A DNA stretch of 64,000 bases from an uncultured Gemmatimonadales bacterium (GTDB lineage: Bacteria; Gemmatimonadota; Gemmatimonadetes; Longimicrobiales; RSA9), in assembly GCA_963798085.1 (NCBI GenBank), contig CAWCRS010000003.1, forward strand, positions 416,001 to 480,000. Direction: 5' to 3'. Each line of letters begins with the position of its first letter. Position 1 is the stretch's first letter. Under the pieces are notes generated by a model. It was not told the origin of the DNA and did not search any database. It saw only the letters and a program-made list of their open reading frames with translations. Position numbers and translations under genes: made by a program. Below, one piece after another: positions 59,713-64,000 of the stretch.

Positions 59713-62307
59713 TCATGCGGCCCGCACGATGCGGCTGAGCCGCAGTGAATTGGAAACCACGCTCACGGAGCTGAGGGCCATTGCCGCGCTCGCGAACACG
59801 GGCGATAGCAGCAGACCGAACGCCGGGTAGAGCACGCCGGCCGCAATGGGAATGCCGATGATGTTGTAGGCGAATGCCCAGAAGAGGTTCTGGCGGATCA
59901 CGCGCAGTGTGCGTCGCGAGAACTCGATGGCATGGGCAATGCCGGCCGGGTCACCGCCCACCAGCGTGACATCGGATGCTTCAAGCGCCACGTCCGTGCC
60001 CGTGCCGATGGCCATGCCCACATCGGCCTCGGCCAGCGCGGGCGCATCGTTGATGCCGTCACCCACCATGGCCACCCGCCGGCCACTCTCGCTGCGCAGC
60101 TGCCTGACAATGCGTGCCTTCTCCGCGGGCAGCACGCCCGCAATGACGCGTTCGATGCCGACCTCCTTTGCCACCGCGTTCGCCGTGCGCTCCGCATCGC
60201 CTGTCACCATCACCACCTCGGCGCCCAGCGCGCGCAGCCGCTGCACGGCGGCGCGGCTGCCCGGCCTCACGGCATCGGACACACCGAGCACGCCGGCGAC
60301 AGTCTCGTCAATTGCGACTAACACTGCCGTACGACCGCGGCCTGCCATTGCGGTCGCGGCGGCCTCTGCGCCCTGCGTCCTGATGCCACGCGCCTCGAGC
60401 AGCGCGAGATTGCCCACGATCACCCGGCGACCAGCGACGCTCCCCTCGACGCCACGACCGCCGTACGACTCGAACTCTGACGCTTCGAACAATGGAAGCC
60501 CGCGCTGTGCCGCCGCATTCACGACTGCCGCAGCCAGCGGGTGCTCGGAGGCGCGCTCCAGTGACGCGGCCAGCAGAAGCATGTCGTCGGCATCGAAGCC
60601 GTTCGCCGTGTCCGTTTCGACGACGGTCGGCCTGCCCTCGGTGAGTGTGCCCGTCTTGTCGAGGATCACCGTTCCCACGCGGCCCGCCGACTCCAGGCTG
60701 GCACCGCCGCGGAAGAGGACGCCGCGGCGGGCCGCCGCGCCCGTGGCCACCATGACCGCCGTCGGCGTGGCCAGGCCCATGGCACACGGACACGCGATGA
60801 TCAGCACGGTGACGAATGAGACGAGCGCATAGAGGTACGCTGGCGGCGGACCGAAAACGTACCACAGCACGAACGCGACAATCGCAACGGATACGACGAC
60901 CGGTACGAACACACCCGCAATGCGGTCGGCCAGTCGCTGAATGGGCGCGCGCGTCGACTGCGCCTCCTGCACCATGCGCACGATCTGCGCGAGCGCGGTG
61001 TCCCGCCCCACGCGCGTCGCGCGAAAACGGAACGCGCCGCTGCCGTTCACGGAACCGCCCACGACTTCATCGCCGACGCCTTTCTCGACCGGCAGCGGCT
61101 CGCCGGTCAGCATCGACTCGTCCACGGCACTGCGTCCCGCTGTGACCACACCGTCGACGGGAATGCGCTCGCCCGGATGCACGGCAATGACATCGTCCGG
61201 CGCCAGCGCGGCTACTTCGACATCGACCTCGCTGCCCTCGCGCAGCACCTTCGCCGTCTTCGGCTGCAGGCCCATGAGCGCGCGGATCGCGTCACCCGTG
61301 CGGGCACGCGCGCCGCTCTCCAGCATCTTGCCCAGCAGCACCAGCGCCAGAATCACCGGCACCGCCTCGAAATAGACATCGACGGACAGGCCCGAACGCG
61401 CGAACAAACCCGGTATTACGGTGACCACCGCGCTGTACGCCCAGGCTGCGCCCGTGCCCAGCGCGATCAGCGTGTTCATGTCCGCCGTGCCGTGCAGCAG
61501 TCCGCTGTACGCGCCCCGGAAGAACTGCCGGCCCGACCAGAACAGCACGGGCGTGGTGAGCAGGAGCAGCACCCAGCGCAGGGCGGCCGGCGGAACCAGG
61601 CCGAGTCCCGGCACCGCACGAATCATCAGACTCGCGAAAGGCATCATCAGCCGGTCGAACAGGTCGGCCGGACCCGCCGACTCGGCGTGTGCCGCCATCA
61701 GAGGCGTGGAGAGCAGCATGGCCAGCACGCCCGCCACTGCGGCCACGATGAAGCGCGCACGCAGCATCCGGTACTCGCGTGCCCGCGCCTGCTTCTCCAG
61801 CTCGACCGGGTCACCCGCATCAATGGGAGAGGCGAGCTCATAACCGGCGTGTTCCACGGCCTGCTGCAGCTCCGCTGGTGTCGTGCTGTCCGGCAGATAC
61901 TCGACCCGCGCCTGACCCGTTGTCAGACTGACGCCCGCGTGCAGCACGCCCGGCAGCCGCAGCAGCGCGCGCTCGACGGGCGAGGCCGTAGCCGCCCATT
62001 CCAGTCCGGCAATCGGCAGGATGGCTGTAACCGTGCGCGCGTCGTATCCAGCCGCGCGCACCAGTCCGACGAGCGTCGTCGCATTACTCAACGACGGATC
62101 GTACGTGACCACTGCACGCTCGGTCCCGAAGTTGACTGCTGCCTCGTCGACACCAGCGCCCTTCTGCAGTTTGCGCTGTATGCGCGAGGCGCACGCGGCG
62201 CACGTCATTCCCACCAGCGGGATCTGAATGCGCGCCGCGCCCCGCCGTCCGGCTTCCAGCGTGCCGGTCGCTTGCACCGCGGTCAGCGAATCCGTCTCGT
62301 GCGCCAT
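59713..62307 (-). CDS. copA: Cu(I)-translocating P1B-type ATPase
   Basis: [33 protein letters not shown] and MALSS motifs. Confidence 0.95.
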   Translation of the reverse strand: MAHETDSLTAVQATGTLEAGRRGAARIQIPLVGMTCAACASRIQRKLQKGAGVDEAAVNFGTERAVVTYDPSLSNATTLVGLVRAAGYDARTVTAILPIAGLEWAATASPVERALLRLPGVLHAGVSLTTGQARVEYLPDSTTPAELQQAVEHAGYELASPIDAGDPVELEKQARAREYRMLRARFIVAAVAGVLAMLLSTPLMAAHAESAGPADLFDRLMMPFASLMIRAVPGLGLVPPAALRWVLLLLTTPVLFWSGRQFFRGAYSGLLHGTADMNTLIALGTGAAWAYSAVVTVIPGLFARSGLSVDVYFEAVPVILALVLLGKMLESGARARTGDAIRALMGLQPKTAKVLREGSEVDVEVAALAPDDVIAVHPGERIPVDGVVTAGRSAVDESMLTGEPLPVEKGVGDEVVGGSVNGSGAFRFRATRVGRDTALAQIVRMVQEAQSTRAPIQRLADRIAGVFVPVVVSVAIVAFVLWYVFGPPPAYLYALVSFVTVLIIACPCAMGLATPTAVMVATGAAARRGVLFRGGASLESAGRVGTVILDKTGTLTEGRPTVVETDTANGFDADDMLLLAASLERASEHPLAAAVVNAAAQRGLPLFEASEFESYGGRGVEGSVAGRRVIVGNLALLEARGIRTQGAEAAATAMAGRGRTAVLVAIDETVAGVLGVSDAVRPGSRAAVQRLRALGAEVVMVTGDAERTANAVAKEVGIERVIAGVLPAEKARIVRQLRSESGRRVAMVGDGINDAPALAEADVGMAIGTGTDVALEASDVTLVGGDPAGIAHAIEFSRRTLRVIRQNLFWAFAYNIIGIPIAAGVLYPAFGLLLSPVFASAAMALSSVSVVSNSLRLSRIVRAA

Positions 62308-62315
62308 GCCCCTGC

Positions 62316-62759
62316 TCAGCGAGCGTGCGTGTACATGAGGTCCAGCACTTCCTGGTAGGCGCGCTCCGCGTCCAGCCGGTCACCCGAGCGCAGCGCATCC
62401 GTAACACAGTGTTGCAGATGATTGCGCATGAGCAGCTTGCTCACGCCGCGCAGCGCCTCCTGCACGGCCGATACCTGCACCAGGATGTCAGCGCAGTAGC
62501 GCCCTTCCTCCACCATGCGGTGCACCCCGCGGATCTGACCCTCTATGCGACGCAGCCGGTCCAGTGCCCGGCGCTGGATCTGCGGCTCCACACCCGCAGC
62601 CATGCGCAGGCCCGCCTCTCCCGGGACAGCCTCGGCCTCGCCTGGCTGGTGCACGGGCAGCGGCGGCCGTGCGGGCGCGGTGCCGGCGGCCGTGTTCGGC
62701 CGGGCCCGTGCGGTCGTGGCACTGCGGCTGCGCGTCGTCGTGCGTCGTCGTTCGCTCAT
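62316..62759 (-). CDS. csoR: Copper-sensing repressor CsoR family
   Basis: [18 protein letters not shown] and HLQHCV (Cys-His-Cys ligands). Confidence 0.9.
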   Translation of the reverse strand: MSERRRTTTRSRSATTARARPNTAAGTAPARPPLPVHQPGEAEAVPGEAGLRMAAGVEPQIQRRALDRLRRIEGQIRGVHRMVEEGRYCADILVQVSAVQEALRGVSKLLMRNHLQHCVTDALRSGDRLDAERAYQEVLDLMYTHAR

Positions 62760-62765
62760 GATGCC

Positions 62766-62811
62766 ATACCCCCCTAGGGTATAGTATCGCCCCGCTGCGC
62801 GCTCTGCGCAA
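62766..62811 (-). promoter_or_regulatory. CsoR operator and sigma70-like promoter of csoR-copA-copZ
   Basis: ATACCC-CCCTA-GGGTAT palindrome with G/C tract (62766-62782) immediately downstream of TTGCGC-N17-GATACT. Confidence 0.8.
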
Positions 62812-62998
62812 GTCACCACCTCCCCGCCTGACCCGACACCCAGCCTCACGGGCCGCACGCGCTCCGCACCGCCGACGCCAGACCCGGCCTGACCGTCGCC
62901 CGCCGACAATCTCGTTACCGCCCGGTTGCCGACCTCCGTCGATCCGCGTTTACATTAGGCGCCGGGATCGTACGCCTGTCTTTCCGTATTCGAGGCAC

Positions 62999-64000
62999 AT
63001 GAGAAACAGAACCGACTGGACGCTACGGAGCAGCGCGCTGCCGCTGCTCGCTGCACTGCTCACTCTGGTCGCCGCGCGATCCGCCGGGCCGCAGCCTCGC
63101 GCTGTCGTCGGGAAAGCGGGTGCCGCGACTGTCCACACGCAGCAGGACGCGCCGCGGCTGGTCGTAATTCTGGTGGTCGATCAGCTGCGCGCCGATCTGC
63201 TCGACCGCTATGACGCGCTGTTCAAGGGCGGCTTTCGCCGGCTGCGTGATGGCGGCTTCCGCTTCACCAATGGCACCCAGGATCATGGCGATACGGAGAC
63301 CGGTCCCGGACATGCCGCGATATCGACGGGACTCTTCCCTGCGCACAACGGCATCACCTCGAACGAGTGGCACGAGCTGGGCGCCGACGGGCAATGGCAC
63401 CTCATGTACTGTGTGGGCGACAGCAAATCACCGATCGTCGGGCAGCCGGAGGCCCCGGGACGTTCGCCGGCCAACCTCTTTCACGGCGGCTTCGCGGATT
63501 GGCTGCTGGCGGCACGGCCGGGCGCCCGCGTTGTTTCCGTTTCGCGCAAGGATCGCGCGGCGATAACGCTCGCGGGCCAGTCGCGAACGCACGTCTACTG
63601 GATCCTGTCGTCGACAGGCCGTTTCGTAACGTCGCGTTATTACGGTGATGCGCTGCCCGGCTGGGTCGCTCGCTTCAATGCGGACTCGATGCCGCGCTAC
63701 TACGCGGACTCGGTGTGGACGCTGCAGGCGCCGCCCGCGGCGGTGCCTCTGGCCCGGCCGGACAGCGCGCGCTACGAGTGGGATGGCGTGCACACCGCGT
63801 TTCCGCATCATTTCGGCGAAGCCGGCGAACCGCGCACAGCGGAGGCATTCAACACGTGGGTGACGGAGCACACGCCCTTCGCGGACGCCGCCACGCTTGC
63901 CCTGGCGCGCACTGCGCTCGTGGCGGATTCGCTGGGTCGTGATGCGATTCCGGACTATCTCGCGGTCAGTGTTTCGCAGACCGACGCCGCGGGGCATGAC
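62999..64000 (+). CDS. Alkaline phosphatase family (PafA-like) protein, truncated at the window end
   Basis: Not in the ORF track because it has no stop. Signal peptide, PRLVVILVVDQLRAD, TETGPGHAAISTG, SRKDRAAI and DYLAVSVSQTD. Confidence 0.88.
   Translation, partial: MRNRTDWTLRSSALPLLAALLTLVAARSAGPQPRAVVGKAGAATVHTQQDAPRLVVILVVDQLRADLLDRYDALFKGGFRRLRDGGFRFTNGTQDHGDTETGPGHAAISTGLFPAHNGITSNEWHELGADGQWHLMYCVGDSKSPIVGQPEAPGRSPANLFHGGFADWLLAARPGARVVSVSRKDRAAITLAGQSRTHVYWILSSTGRFVTSRYYGDALPGWVARFNADSMPRYYADSVWTLQAPPAAVPLARPDSARYEWDGVHTAFPHHFGEAGEPRTAEAFNTWVTEHTPFADAATLALARTALVADSLGRDAIPDYLAVSVSQTDAAGHD

Overview
A GC-rich bacterial window whose gene content suggests Gemmatimonadota (inference only). 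Many genes carry scattered single-base indels, densest in the first 5.7 kb and in ctaD, which look like long-read consensus errors rather than pseudogenisation. Most of the window is housekeeping, envelope or catabolic: two S9 peptidases, a DUF3108-GT9-LysE operon, VKOR, a caa3-type oxidase cluster (ctaA-C-D-E-F), DmpA, patatin, an M1 peptidase, a serB/class-V aminotransferase/serA operon, galK, two amidohydrolases, an RND efflux pair, ribosomal protein bS31/THX, a GH20 hexosaminidase and a csoR-copA-copZ operon with a recognisable CsoR operator. The best candidate for an undescribed system is 10934-15573, possibly with 15669-16286. It encodes a lipase + Macro-like + CHAT (caspase-like) fusion next to a protein with a nucleoside-deoxyribosyltransferase-like domain, a proline linker and a TPR-like region. 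This reads like a sensor, nucleotide-signal and protease/lipase effector immunity module. A membrane-anchored TIR protein and at least two families of REP/MITE-like intergenic inverted repeats are also present. I found no tRNA, rRNA, CRISPR array or transposase.
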